The notes below the pieces were generated by a model, which was not told where the DNA came from, ran no database searches, and saw nothing but the letters and a program-made list of their open reading frames with translations. The translations under genes were made by a program, and so were the position numbers. From an uncultured Acidimicrobiales bacterium (GTDB lineage: Bacteria > Actinomycetota > Acidimicrobiia > Acidimicrobiales > UBA10347): a DNA stretch of 64,000 nt. The stretch is taken from assembly GCA_937941245.1 (NCBI GenBank), contig CALDYC010000067.1, forward strand, positions 1,184 through 65,183. Reading direction: 5' to 3'. How positions within the stretch are numbered: the first letter of the stretch is position 1; each line of letters begins with the position of its first letter. Below are positions 45,296 to 54,737 of the stretch, in pieces.

Positions 45296-45353
45296 GGAGC
45301 GAAGCTCGGGTTCCAGAGCGAAGCTCAGGTTAAAGGGGACAGCTCAGGTTGAA
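45278..45353. repeat. Four imperfect tandem 19-bp repeats at the gatB/lhr convergent junction
   Basis: GAGCGAAGCTCAGGTTGAG / GAGCGAAGCTCGGGTTCCA / GAGCGAAGCTCAGGTTAAA / GGGGACAGCTCAGGTTGAA. Confidence 0.9.
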
Positions 45354-48300
45354 CCGAGACGTTGTCCGCTTCGATGGTTGTGGCGGAATGCTCAGGTATC
45401 GCTTGGTCGTTGATCGAGTCGAGCCCGTCGCCGGTCTCGGCTAAACCATTTACGAATCGCAGTGAACCTGATCCGGCCGAGCGAACTCGCTCACCGGGCA
45501 ACACGATGCCGGTCAGGTTGCAAGGGTCGACCGCCATCACTGTCGCCCGGTGTCGCTGGTCGGAGCGCGATGATTTGCGGGTTGCTCGCAGCGATCTGAT
45601 GGCATCGACCGATGCATATTGCTCGCCGCCAAAGCCGGTCACGAACCGGCCGCCGCGGATCAGCCCGCGAGCCTCGAGCCGTCGGAATGCCCACAGAATC
45701 TCGCGCCACGGAAGGGCCAAGGTTTCGGTCAGGGCCACGTCGCGGAACACCACACCCCATCGGGCGAGCAGCTGTTCGGCGACGGCCTCGGCGAGTTCCT
45801 CTGTGCTCTCGACTTCGAGCGGTGCCGGCAGTAACGCCCAACGCCCTTCGCTGCGGGTGTGGCCAGCGGCACCGCGGCGCAGGCCCCGATTGCCGAGTGT
45901 GTGGCGCTTGGGTTGAGAAGCTCGCCCGTTTAGCAGTGTTCGGACGGCATTAAAACTGTCTGCGGTGACCAGTCCCATGCCGACGGCGTTCCAGAGCGCC
46001 CGCTCGGTTTGGGTGGCGTCGAGGCCGAGGGCTTCGACCAGTTCGGTGTGGAACTGGGCCCCTCGGCTGGCGAGTGCCTCGATGATTGTTGCGACATGTC
46101 CGTCGGTCGGAGTCGGTGCAGCGTGGGCATGGCGGCCAGCGGCTAACAGCCATGGGAAGTCACCGCGCAACGTGAGCGTGATCGGTGTCGCTCGTGACGG
46201 CGTTAGGCGCTGGGTTGGGTCGGTTGGTTCAGCCCGAGGTGATAGTCGGCCCCAGACGACTTCGCCACTGAGACACATTTCGTCGAGCCAGGCTGGTTGA
46301 TAGTCGGCGACCCGGCCAGCGAGGACCTGCTCCCATGCTCCTGCTGGGATCTCGAAGCCCTGGAGCTGTTCGAGTACGGCAAGCAGCCCGGCGCGACCTC
46401 GAACGTGAGTTTCGGGTCCGAGACGGTGCCAGTCGAGCAAGAAGCGCATGTATTGCTGCGCGGTGGCCGGTTCGATTTGGCGGCGGCGTTGCTTTTGCGA
46501 ATAGATGTGGATCCGAGCGAGAAGCTGACGAGCGCACCATTCCGTGTCGTTGCCGTCTCGTGGCGACCATGTTCCGCGGATGGCGAATCCGGTGCCTTCG
46601 AGTGCGACCAAGGCGATCGCGACCCGGCTGGTGTCGGTTCCGCAGCGACGGGCCAATGCTTCGGTCGTGACAGGGCCGGTGATCGAGAGGTGTCCGCGAA
46701 CCATTGCCACGATTGCGTTTTCGCCAGCGGTCGTGTCGGATCCGATCGACGCAGCGGACTCGGCGAGTTCCGTTGTGGCCCAGCTGCCATCGCCAAGCAC
46801 GACGACTCGTTTGCGTTCAAGCAATGTGTCGAACAGCCCTTGCCACTGTGGTGCAGGTTGGCACCGCACCAAATCGCTAAGTAGATCGTGAAGCTCGTCG
46901 GATGTGCGGACATCGGGAGCTGCTTCGGCCCGAACTTGGTCGATTGCTGATGTGTCAACTCCACCGATTTCGGTGAGATCTACCGGAATACCTCGGCGCA
47001 GTGGGACAGCCCGGGTGCGGCGGTCGATTGCTTCGGCATCGTCGAGGAAGGTGTATGGCGGGCCGACGAGAAGCTCATGAGCGAGCGGTGACGGCTCGAC
47101 AGTGTCGACGCAGGTGACGTGCAGGGTGCCGTTCTCGAGCCGTTCGACGAGGTCGCACAGGCCATCGACATCCATCGCTTCGTGCAGAGTGTCGTACATG
47201 GTCTGTCGGACGATCGGGTGATCGGGGATCTCAATCGGGCCGTTGATGTGTTCCTGGCATCCCGCGGCTGACGGGAACGCCGCAGCCATGACGTCGTCTG
47301 CTTCCATCCGTTGAATCGGTGGAGGGTTTTTGCGTCCGCCTTTGAATCGAAGCACGGTAAGGGACCGGTTCAGGTTCCAACGCCAACGAGAGATAAACAT
47401 CGGCGAGGGAGGGACGAGCACCGCTTGCACGAGCGTTTGTGGGACCTGTTCTTTCTTCAGATAGTTCTGCACCTCGTCGAGCGCGAAGCTGTGCTGCGGT
47501 CCAAGGGACAAGACGACGGCGTCGTCGTTGGCGGCAGCTTGCAGTTCGAAGTCGAAGTTGACACAGAACTTCTTGCGCAACGCGAGCCCAAATGCTCGGT
47601 TGATTCGCCCACCGAACGGTGAATGCACGACGAGCTGCATGCCGCCTGTCTGGTCAAAGAACCGTTCGATGACGAGACGGTCGGTGGTAGGAAGATCACC
47701 GAGCACAGCAAGCGAAGCGGCGAGATATGCCACGATCGTCTCTGCGGCGAGTGCGTCGATGCCGCACGCATCGCGAACCCACGCTCGCGCCGCGGCTGGA
47801 ACGTCGGTCTCAAGTCGGGCCTGGACCTCGGCGCGAAGCTGTGACACCTCTTCGGACAACTCGGCGGTGCGGGCCGGAGCCTCGCCAAGCCAGAACGGCA
47901 CGGTCGGTGGCTTGCCGCCTGCATCGACCACCCGGACGACGCCGGGTTCGATCCGGCGGATCTGCCACGAATGAGTGCCGAGCAAGAAGATGTCACCGGG
48001 CAACGACTCGGTAGCCCAGTCTTCATTGACGGTGCCGACGAATAGGTCATCGGGGTCAGCGACGACCCGATAGTCGGCTATCTCGGGGATCGCTCCGCCG
48101 GAAGTCAGTGCGGCCAGGCGCGCACCGCGGCGGCCCTCGACTTCGTTGTTGACTTGGTCGTGGTGCACATAGGCACCTTTGGGCCCTCGACCGGTGACGA
48201 TGCCTTTGGTGACAAAGTCGAGGACCTCGTCGAAGACCTCGCGGCTCAGATCGCGGTACGGCATGGCACGGCGCATGAGGGCGAAGAGTTCGTCTACGTC

Positions 48301-49689
48301 CCAACGTTCGGCAGCAGTCTCGGCGACGATCTGCTGGGCGAGAATATCGAGCGGAGCGATTGGTGGGATGATGGCGTCGAGACGTCCGCCGCGAACAGCG
48401 GACATGAGCGAAGCGCACTCGACGAGCTCGTCTCGACTGAGCGGGAAAAGGCGACCTTTGGGAGTGCCAAAGCGGGTGTGGCCAGAGCGCCCGACCCGCT
48501 GAAGGAACGTGGCGATACTGCGGGGAGAGCCGATCTGGCAGACGAGTTCGATTGGCCCGATGTCGATACCGAGTTCGAGCGAAGCCGTTGCAACGAGTGC
48601 CTTGAACTCGCCAGCGCGGAGCTTGCGTTCGACCCGCTCTCGACGGGTCTTCGAAAGCGAGCCGTGGTGGGCAGCGACCTTGTCGTCGCCGATCCGTTCG
48701 GCGAGTTGATGGGCGATCCGTTCGGCGAGTCGCCGAGTGTTGACGAACACGAGCGTGGTCTGATGCTGTTCGATCATCTCGGTGATCTCATCGAGCATTT
48801 CGCTGATCTGTTCGGCAGGTGCCAGTGCTTCGGGCTCACCGTTGGGAAGCACAAGTTCAAGGTCGAGCGTGCGTTGGTGGCCGGTGTCAACCACGGTGCA
48901 ATCAGGCGAACCGTCAGCCTTGACCGGGCCGGTGCCGACCAACAGGCGTGCAACGGTCTCGATCGGCCGTTGGGTCGCTGACAGGCCAATGCGAACCGGA
49001 CGTTCGGCACAGATGTGTTCGAGCCGTTCGATGGTGACGGCGAGGTGTGACCCTCGCTTGTCACGGGCGACTGCGTGGATCTCATCAATGATGACGGTGC
49101 GGACCGTTCGCAGCGCATCTCGGCTGCGTTCGGCGGTGACCATGAGATAGAGCGACTCAGGAGTGGTGACGATGAACTGGGGAGGTTTGCGCACCATTGA
49201 GCTGCGCTGTGAGCTGGTGGTGTCGCCGCTGCGCACGCCGACCCGTAGTGACGGCGGGGCGTAGCCAAGTTCGGTGGCGATGGTTGCGATCTCGTCGAGG
49301 GGCCGAACCAGGTTCTCGCTGATGTCGACGGCTAAGGCCTTGAGCGGTGAGACGTACATGACCTGGGCGGTGTTTTCGAGCAGCTGTCCAGCGTCATGGC
49401 GTTTGTAGAGATCGTCGATTGCGACGAGGAACGCGGACAGCGTTTTGCCTGAACCAGTGGGTGCAGCGACGAGCGTGTCATTGCCTGCGGCGATCGATGG
49501 CCAGGCCTGGCGCTGCGGGTCGGTTGGTCCGTGCGGGAAGGTACGGGTGAACCACGTGCGAACCGCGGGGTGAAAGCTGGCCAGGTCCGGGTCGCACGTA
49601 GCCGCGGGAGCAGCGAATGGCAGGGGGATAGGACCCGCTGCAAGAGCCGGTGTCGCAGGGCTTGTGGGAGGAAGCTCAGTCAGTGCCAT
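45325..49689 (-). CDS. lhr: Lhr-family SF2 helicase, full length with C-terminal winged-helix/glycosylase-like region
   Basis: APTGSGKT, SPLKAL, TTPESL, DEIH, GLSAT, SLELGIDIG, QRVGRSGH; C-terminal QLLARWGVVFR, RGGRFV.G.GEQY. Confidence 0.93.
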   Translation of the reverse strand: MALTELPPTSPATPALAAGPIPLPFAAPAATCDPDLASFHPAVRTWFTRTFPHGPTDPQRQAWPSIAAGNDTLVAAPTGSGKTLSAFLVAIDDLYKRHDAGQLLENTAQVMYVSPLKALAVDISENLVRPLDEIATIATELGYAPPSLRVGVRSGDTTSSQRSSMVRKPPQFIVTTPESLYLMVTAERSRDALRTVRTVIIDEIHAVARDKRGSHLAVTIERLEHICAERPVRIGLSATQRPIETVARLLVGTGPVKADGSPDCTVVDTGHQRTLDLELVLPNGEPEALAPAEQISEMLDEITEMIEQHQTTLVFVNTRRLAERIAHQLAERIGDDKVAAHHGSLSKTRRERVERKLRAGEFKALVATASLELGIDIGPIELVCQIGSPRSIATFLQRVGRSGHTRFGTPKGRLFPLSRDELVECASLMSAVRGGRLDAIIPPIAPLDILAQQIVAETAAERWDVDELFALMRRAMPYRDLSREVFDEVLDFVTKGIVTGRGPKGAYVHHDQVNNEVEGRRGARLAALTSGGAIPEIADYRVVADPDDLFVGTVNEDWATESLPGDIFLLGTHSWQIRRIEPGVVRVVDAGGKPPTVPFWLGEAPARTAELSEEVSQLRAEVQARLETDVPAAARAWVRDACGIDALAAETIVAYLAASLAVLGDLPTTDRLVIERFFDQTGGMQLVVHSPFGGRINRAFGLALRKKFCVNFDFELQAAANDDAVVLSLGPQHSFALDEVQNYLKKEQVPQTLVQAVLVPPSPMFISRWRWNLNRSLTVLRFKGGRKNPPPIQRMEADDVMAAAFPSAAGCQEHINGPIEIPDHPIVRQTMYDTLHEAMDVDGLCDLVERLENGTLHVTCVDTVEPSPLAHELLVGPPYTFLDDAEAIDRRTRAVPLRRGIPVDLTEIGGVDTSAIDQVRAEAAPDVRTSDELHDLLSDLVRCQPAPQWQGLFDTLLERKRVVVLGDGSWATTELAESAASIGSDTTAGENAIVAMVRGHLSITGPVTTEALARRCGTDTSRVAIALVALEGTGFAIRGTWSPRDGNDTEWCARQLLARIHIYSQKQRRRQIEPATAQQYMRFLLDWHRLGPETHVRGRAGLLAVLEQLQGFEIPAGAWEQVLAGRVADYQPAWLDEMCLSGEVVWGRLSPRAEPTDPTQRLTPSRATPITLTLRGDFPWLLAAGRHAHAAPTPTDGHVATIIEALASRGAQFHTELVEALGLDATQTERALWNAVGMGLVTADSFNAVRTLLNGRASQPKRHTLGNRGLRRGAAGHTRSEGRWALLPAPLEVESTEELAEAVAEQLLARWGVVFRDVALTETLALPWREILWAFRRLEARGLIRGGRFVTGFGGEQYASVDAIRSLRATRKSSRSDQRHRATVMAVDPCNLTGIVLPGERVRSAGSGSLRFVNGLAETGDGLDSINDQAIPEHSATTIEADNVSVQPELSPLT

Positions 49690-49703
49690 AGGACCTGCCT
49701 GCG

Positions 49704-49725
49704 AACCTAGTGCAGCGGTGTGACA
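49704..49725 (-). promoter_or_regulatory. PafBC/RecA-NDp-like promoter of lhr
   Basis: Minus strand TGTCAC-N10-TAGGTT, 14 nt before ATG. Confidence 0.6.
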
Positions 49726-49783
49726 GACCCGCCGCGAAGTGGCTGGTGTTGGCAAATGGCTGTCGGGAGCTCCGGCGATCGCT

Positions 49784-50572
49784 TCAGCGCTTTGTGGCCA
49801 CGAACAGGCCTTCGGTGAGGACAAACGCTGCCGACGAACGATCACTGTCAAGTGACGGTCGCAGCCACGCTGCAGCCGCTGGGGGAGCGGTGCGAAGATC
49901 GTGCAACAACTGCACCCGCACCGCTTCGTCGACCGACATATTGCCCGCCCAGGGCTCAAACATCATCTGCTTGCCGATCGTTTCGGCCGCGACGATGTCA
50001 AATCCAGCACCATCGATCAGTTCCAGCCATTCGCTGATCGGCAGGCATCGCAGATGGCTGAGGTCGCGGCGGCGCTCAAAATCATCACACCAGCGAGCAG
50101 CGTCGGCGTCTTCGGGAGCGACATTGTCCACGAGCGCAAAGGTCCCGCCGGCAACAAGGACCCGTGCTGCTTCGCCAACAAAGCCGCCAGGGTCGGAGAA
50201 GTGATGCGGAGCAATGCGACAGGTCACGAGGTCGAAGCTCGCGTCGTCGAACGGAAGATCATGGGCGTCGGCTTCTTCGAAGCGAACATTGTCGATGCCG
50301 CGTTCCACGGCAAGATCGGCCGCAACCTGAACCATTTCCGGGGTCACGTCTGACGAAACTACCGAGCTGACGTGCGGGGCGATTGCGAACGCGGTGTGCC
50401 CAGCGGCACTAGCGATATCGAGTGCATGCCAATCAGCCTGCGGACTGACCATCTCGACGATCCGCCCCAAGCTGGCTCCCTTGGCATGCACCGTTGATGC
50501 TGCGTAGTTGGCAGCGTTGGGCCCGAACTGGGCAATCGAGCGTGCGAGCTGGCCTTCGGCATCGTTGGTCAT
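49784..50572 (-). CDS. Class I SAM-dependent methyltransferase
   Basis: ALDIASAAGH, DAHDLPFDDASFDLVTCRIAPHHF, RVLVAGG. Confidence 0.88.
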   Translation of the reverse strand: MTNDAEGQLARSIAQFGPNAANYAASTVHAKGASLGRIVEMVSPQADWHALDIASAAGHTAFAIAPHVSSVVSSDVTPEMVQVAADLAVERGIDNVRFEEADAHDLPFDDASFDLVTCRIAPHHFSDPGGFVGEAARVLVAGGTFALVDNVAPEDADAARWCDDFERRRDLSHLRCLPISEWLELIDGAGFDIVAAETIGKQMMFEPWAGNMSVDEAVRVQLLHDLRTAPPAAAAWLRPSLDSDRSSAAFVLTEGLFVATKR

Positions 50573-50602
50573 GCCGGCGACCTTACGGGCCTACGATCGG
50601 CA

Positions 50603-51385
50603 GTGGTGACAACCTATGGCCAGTACCTCAAGATCGACGAACTACTTAGCCTGCAACAACCGCGCAGTGAGCCGGAGGAGCACGATGAAACCCTGTTCAT
50701 CGTCATCCATCAGGTGTATGAGCTGTGGTTCAAACAGGTGTTACACGAGCTGGATCGGTTCGGCCGTCACCTCGATGGCGATGCGCTTGCGCGAGGGGGC
50801 CATCAGCTCAGACGGGTGCGTCGGATCTTCGCCACGTTGATCAGTCAAATCAGCATTCTCGAGACCATGACCCCACTCGAGTTCATGTCGTTCCGGGCCT
50901 TCCTTGACGAAAGCAGCGGATTCCAATCAGCGCAGTTCCGCGAACTCGAATGCTTGCTCGGTATCACTGACACCTTCGAGCTGGAGTGGTTCGAATCAAA
51001 CCCGGGTGAGCATGCACGACTGTCGCGGCGTATCGCCGAGCCGACCCTGTGGGACAGCTTCGTCGGGTACCTGCATCGCAACGGTCACCCCATGCCATTG
51101 TCGGCGACCGACCGCGACCCGACTGCCGCCGTCGTTCCGGATCCTGCGGTTCAGGCCGTCATCGCCGGGGCATACCGAGATGACGTCAGACTGCGCAGTC
51201 TGTGCGAGGCCATGGTCGACCTCGATGAGTCGCTGCAACAGTGGCGTTATCGCCACATGATGATGGTGCAACGCACGATTGGTGTCCGTCCCGGAACCGG
51301 CGGCAGCTCAGGTGTTGACTACCTCAAGGGCACGTTGTTCCGCCAGTGCTTTCCCGACCTGTGGCAGGTTCGCGCACTCTTCTAG
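50603..51385 (+). CDS. kynA: Tryptophan 2,3-dioxygenase
   Basis: YLKIDELLSLQ, HDETLFIVIHQVYELWFK, SGFQSAQFR, WRYRH, GTGGSSG. Confidence 0.95.
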   Translation: MVTTYGQYLKIDELLSLQQPRSEPEEHDETLFIVIHQVYELWFKQVLHELDRFGRHLDGDALARGGHQLRRVRRIFATLISQISILETMTPLEFMSFRAFLDESSGFQSAQFRELECLLGITDTFELEWFESNPGEHARLSRRIAEPTLWDSFVGYLHRNGHPMPLSATDRDPTAAVVPDPAVQAVIAGAYRDDVRLRSLCEAMVDLDESLQQWRYRHMMMVQRTIGVRPGTGGSSGVDYLKGTLFRQCFPDLWQVRALF

Positions 51386-51431
51386 GTGTCGCGGTTCTCG
51401 GCCCGCGATCGGTCGCGTAACGGTCGTCGAG

Positions 51432-52385
51432 TCAGTAACCGCGTGCGACGTCAACCGGGCCGAGTAGGTCTTGGCCCGATCGGTACCGTTCGACGTTCAG
51501 TCGAACCCGCTCAGCGAGGAGCACCAGACCCATCTCGGGTGTGTTGCCGACGTGAGGTGTGATCAGTGCGTTCCCGCGGCCCCAAAGCGTGTGACCGTCC
51601 GGGAGCGGTTCAGGATCGGTGACATCGAGTGCGGCACCGCCGATGCCCGACCGATCCAAACAAGACACGAGAGCGTCAGTATCGATGTGCCCGCCGCGGG
51701 CCACATTCACGATCCACGAGGTTGGCTTCATTAGCGCAAACTCGGCGGCTCCGATGATTCCAACCGTCTCGGGGGTCAACGCGAGAGCCAACACGACGGC
51801 GTCCGCGTCGGGAAGGACTTCGTGCAGGTCGTCGATCGGCCGGGTAGCGGTAGCACCCGCAACGTCGCCGGTCGACTTCCGAAGCACCGTTGTGGTGCAG
51901 CCAAACGGTGCAAGCAGTGCAAGCAACGATTCGGTGATGCCACCGCCGCCGAGGATGACCACATGGGATCCGCATAGGTTCTGACCAACTGGACCGGTCC
52001 ACGTTCGAGCTTGGGAGTAGCTGACGAGATTCCGGAAACCCGCGAGCAACATGGCCAACGCGGCCTCGGCAACCGGCGGTGCATAGACGCCCTTGCCGCA
52101 CGTCCAACGCCGGCCGGTGTCGAACATGTCGACGAACGGCTCGACCCCGGCAAAGGGGAGTTGTACCCAGTCGATGCCATCGTGCAGATAGCTCGGCAGC
52201 TGGTCGGCTTGGCTCTGGTCGGCCCACACCAGGGCCGTGGCTTCGGCGGCAGGCACGACACGCCCACCGCCGGCCACGACGGCGCGAGCAAGCGCATTGG
52301 TCCGCCAGCAAGACGGCTCGACCGCAATCAGTGGCTCAGCAGCAGATCCGTCGGGTACGAAGGCATTGGACGGGTCAACAGTCAC
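51432..52385 (-). CDS. D-isomer-specific 2-hydroxyacid dehydrogenase family protein
   Basis: [34 protein letters not shown]; GTG 7 nt after TACGCT. Confidence 0.9.
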   Translation of the reverse strand: MTVDPSNAFVPDGSAAEPLIAVEPSCWRTNALARAVVAGGGRVVPAAEATALVWADQSQADQLPSYLHDGIDWVQLPFAGVEPFVDMFDTGRRWTCGKGVYAPPVAEAALAMLLAGFRNLVSYSQARTWTGPVGQNLCGSHVVILGGGGITESLLALLAPFGCTTTVLRKSTGDVAGATATRPIDDLHEVLPDADAVVLALALTPETVGIIGAAEFALMKPTSWIVNVARGGHIDTDALVSCLDRSGIGGAALDVTDPEPLPDGHTLWGRGNALITPHVGNTPEMGLVLLAERVRLNVERYRSGQDLLGPVDVARGY

Positions 52386-52446
52386 GAAGTCGAGCGTAAG
52401 GGAAAGGTTCCCCGGCTGGCCGCAACGGTGCCGGTAGAATCTTTGC

Positions 52447-52551
52447 TTGAACTGCATGATCTTTCGCCCGCCGACTCTGTACGCGTTGCTACCGACTCTG
52501 CGCACCTTGGCGCTCGTTGCACCGGGTTGCTGCAATCGGCCACGCCCATGA
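52447..52551 (+). other. Candidate leaderless uORF (34 aa) overlapping guaA start
   Basis: TAGAAT, 6 nt, TTG; open frame ends at the TGA of ATGA overlapping guaA ATG. Confidence 0.35.
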
Positions 52552-54098
52552 GCGCTTCAGTACACGCCGCGGCAGCGACGCCGGATCAGCCGGTACTCGT
52601 CGTCGACTTCGGTGCACAATACGCACAGCTGATTGCGCGCCGGGTACGCGAAGCGAACGTCTACAGCGAGATCGTGGCCCCCGACCTCAGTGCCAGCGAA
52701 TATGCCGCACTGTCGCCCGCTGGCATCATCTTCAGCGGTGGCCCAGCTTCGGTCAACGTCGATGGTGCCCCGGCGATCGACCCGGGCGTCTACGAGCTTG
52801 GCGTGCCGATTCTTGGCATTTGCTACGGAGCGCAGCTGATCGCCAGTCAACTGGGCGGCACGGTGACCCGCTTCGAAGCGGGTGAGTACGGGCGAACCGA
52901 CATGACCGTTGCCGGTGGCGACCTCCTCGAAGGTCTGCCGCGTTCCCAGTCCGTCTGGATGAGTCATTTCGATTGCATTAGCGACGTACCCGAAGGCTTC
53001 ACGGTCACGGCGTCGACCGAACATGCACCCGTCGCCGCATTTGAGAGCGATGGGGTGTGCGGCGTGCAATATCACCCCGAGGTGTCGCACACACCGCACG
53101 GCCAAGCCGTGATCGAACGGTGGCTTGACCGGTCAGGAATCACTCGCACGTGGACCATGGCCAACATCATCGACGAACAGGTCGCGGCGATTCGCGAGCA
53201 GGTCGGAAGCGGACGGGCGATCTGCGGGCTCAGCGGCGGGGTCGACTCAGCAGTCGCCGCCGCGTTGGTACACAAGGCGATCGGTCCACAGCTCACCTGC
53301 GTGTATGTGGACACGGGCCTTATGCGCAAGAACGAAAGTGATCAGGTCGTCGAGACCTTCCAGAAAACCCAAGGCATCGAGTTGATTCATGTGCAGGCCG
53401 CAGATGACTTCTTCGTCAAGCTGGCCGGACTGACCGAACCCGAATCCAAACGCAAAGCGATTGGCGAGACGTTCATTCGGGTCTTCGAGCGGGCCTCGGC
53501 CGGCATCGACGATGCACATTTTTTGGTGCAGGGCACGCTCTACCCCGACATCGTTGAATCAGGCGGCAAGCACGCGTCGACGATCAAGAGCCACCACAAC
53601 GTCGGCGGACTTCCCGACGACATGACGTTCGCGTTGGTCGAACCACTGCGAGCTTTGTTTAAAGATGAAGTCCGCAAAGTGGGCACCGAACTTGGCTTGC
53701 CCGATGAGATCGTCTGGCGTCAACCGTTCCCCGGACCCGGACTTGGGGTCCGCATCATTGGCGAGGTAACTCCTGACAAGGTCGCGGTGCTGCAAGAAGC
53801 CGACCACATTGTCCGAGAGGTCCTGCGAGACGCGGGGCTTGAGCGTGAGATCTTTCAGTCATTCGCCGTGCTACCGGATATCCGCAGCGTTGGGGTGATG
53901 GGAGATGAGCGAACCTATGGCTATCCGATCATCGTGCGAGCGGTTACGAGCGAAGATGTGATGACTGCGGACTGGGCCCGAATCCCGTATGACGTACTCG
54001 AGACGATCTCGAGTCGGGTGATCAACGAAGTCGACGGGGTGAACCGGGTTGGCTACGACATCACCTCAAAGCCCCCCGGCACGATCGAATGGGAGTGA
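52548..54098 (+). CDS. guaA: GMP synthase (glutamine-hydrolysing)
   Basis: [47 protein letters not shown]. Confidence 0.98.
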   Translation: MSASVHAAAATPDQPVLVVDFGAQYAQLIARRVREANVYSEIVAPDLSASEYAALSPAGIIFSGGPASVNVDGAPAIDPGVYELGVPILGICYGAQLIASQLGGTVTRFEAGEYGRTDMTVAGGDLLEGLPRSQSVWMSHFDCISDVPEGFTVTASTEHAPVAAFESDGVCGVQYHPEVSHTPHGQAVIERWLDRSGITRTWTMANIIDEQVAAIREQVGSGRAICGLSGGVDSAVAAALVHKAIGPQLTCVYVDTGLMRKNESDQVVETFQKTQGIELIHVQAADDFFVKLAGLTEPESKRKAIGETFIRVFERASAGIDDAHFLVQGTLYPDIVESGGKHASTIKSHHNVGGLPDDMTFALVEPLRALFKDEVRKVGTELGLPDEIVWRQPFPGPGLGVRIIGEVTPDKVAVLQEADHIVREVLRDAGLEREIFQSFAVLPDIRSVGVMGDERTYGYPIIVRAVTSEDVMTADWARIPYDVLETISSRVINEVDGVNRVGYDITSKPPGTIEWE

Positions 54099-54102
54099 CC
54101 TG

Positions 54103-54729
54103 ATGGCTGACGATCAAGGGTTGCATGACGCCATCTCCGCCGACGCGATCCCAGCCGATGTAGATGTCGTTGACGTATATGTCGAAGCCCTCGCGCTGTT
54201 TGGCAACGCGGTCCGAAGCATCGGCGATCACGAATGGGATTTGCCGACTCCGTGCCCCGAGTGGAATGTCAGGGAGCTCGTTACACACGTCGTGCTGGGC
54301 GAAGCACACTTGCCCGCAGTGCTGACCGGCGAGACCGAAACAACCCAGACTGCGTTCAGTTCGGAGATGCTTGGAACTGACCCGCTTTCAGTGTGGCGCG
54401 GGACGGCCCTTCGGGCCATCGAAGTCGCTCGCGGCGATGGGATCGCCGCACAGGCACTGGCGTTGGACATGGGCACCGTTACCGGTCACCAGTTGCTGGC
54501 CTATCGGATCACCGACAACGTTGTCCACACCTGGGACGTCGGCGTTGCGGTTAGTCGTCCTGAACCCGTTGACCAGCGTTTTGCCGAATGGCTGCTCGAT
54601 TTCTGGCAGCCGGCCGCAGCCGATCTCAGCCAGACCGCGTTCTTTGGACCGCCGACCGAGATCGAGGCAGGCGCGTCGGCTTCGACGCGCCTGCTCGCTC
54701 TGCTCGGCAGGTCAGCCGTCGCCGGCTGA
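54103..54729 (+). CDS. TIGR03086-like DinB/mycothiol-dependent metal-binding protein
   Basis: WDLPTPCPEWNVRELVTH, VHTWD, RLLALLGR. Confidence 0.85.
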   Translation: MADDQGLHDAISADAIPADVDVVDVYVEALALFGNAVRSIGDHEWDLPTPCPEWNVRELVTHVVLGEAHLPAVLTGETETTQTAFSSEMLGTDPLSVWRGTALRAIEVARGDGIAAQALALDMGTVTGHQLLAYRITDNVVHTWDVGVAVSRPEPVDQRFAEWLLDFWQPAAADLSQTAFFGPPTEIEAGASASTRLLALLGRSAVAG

Positions 54730-54737
54730 CCCGTCGC

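Noticed and set aside
45278-45353. Possible mini-CRISPR array
   Set aside because: Units are directly adjacent with no spacers, only 19 bp long, and there are no cas genes in the window
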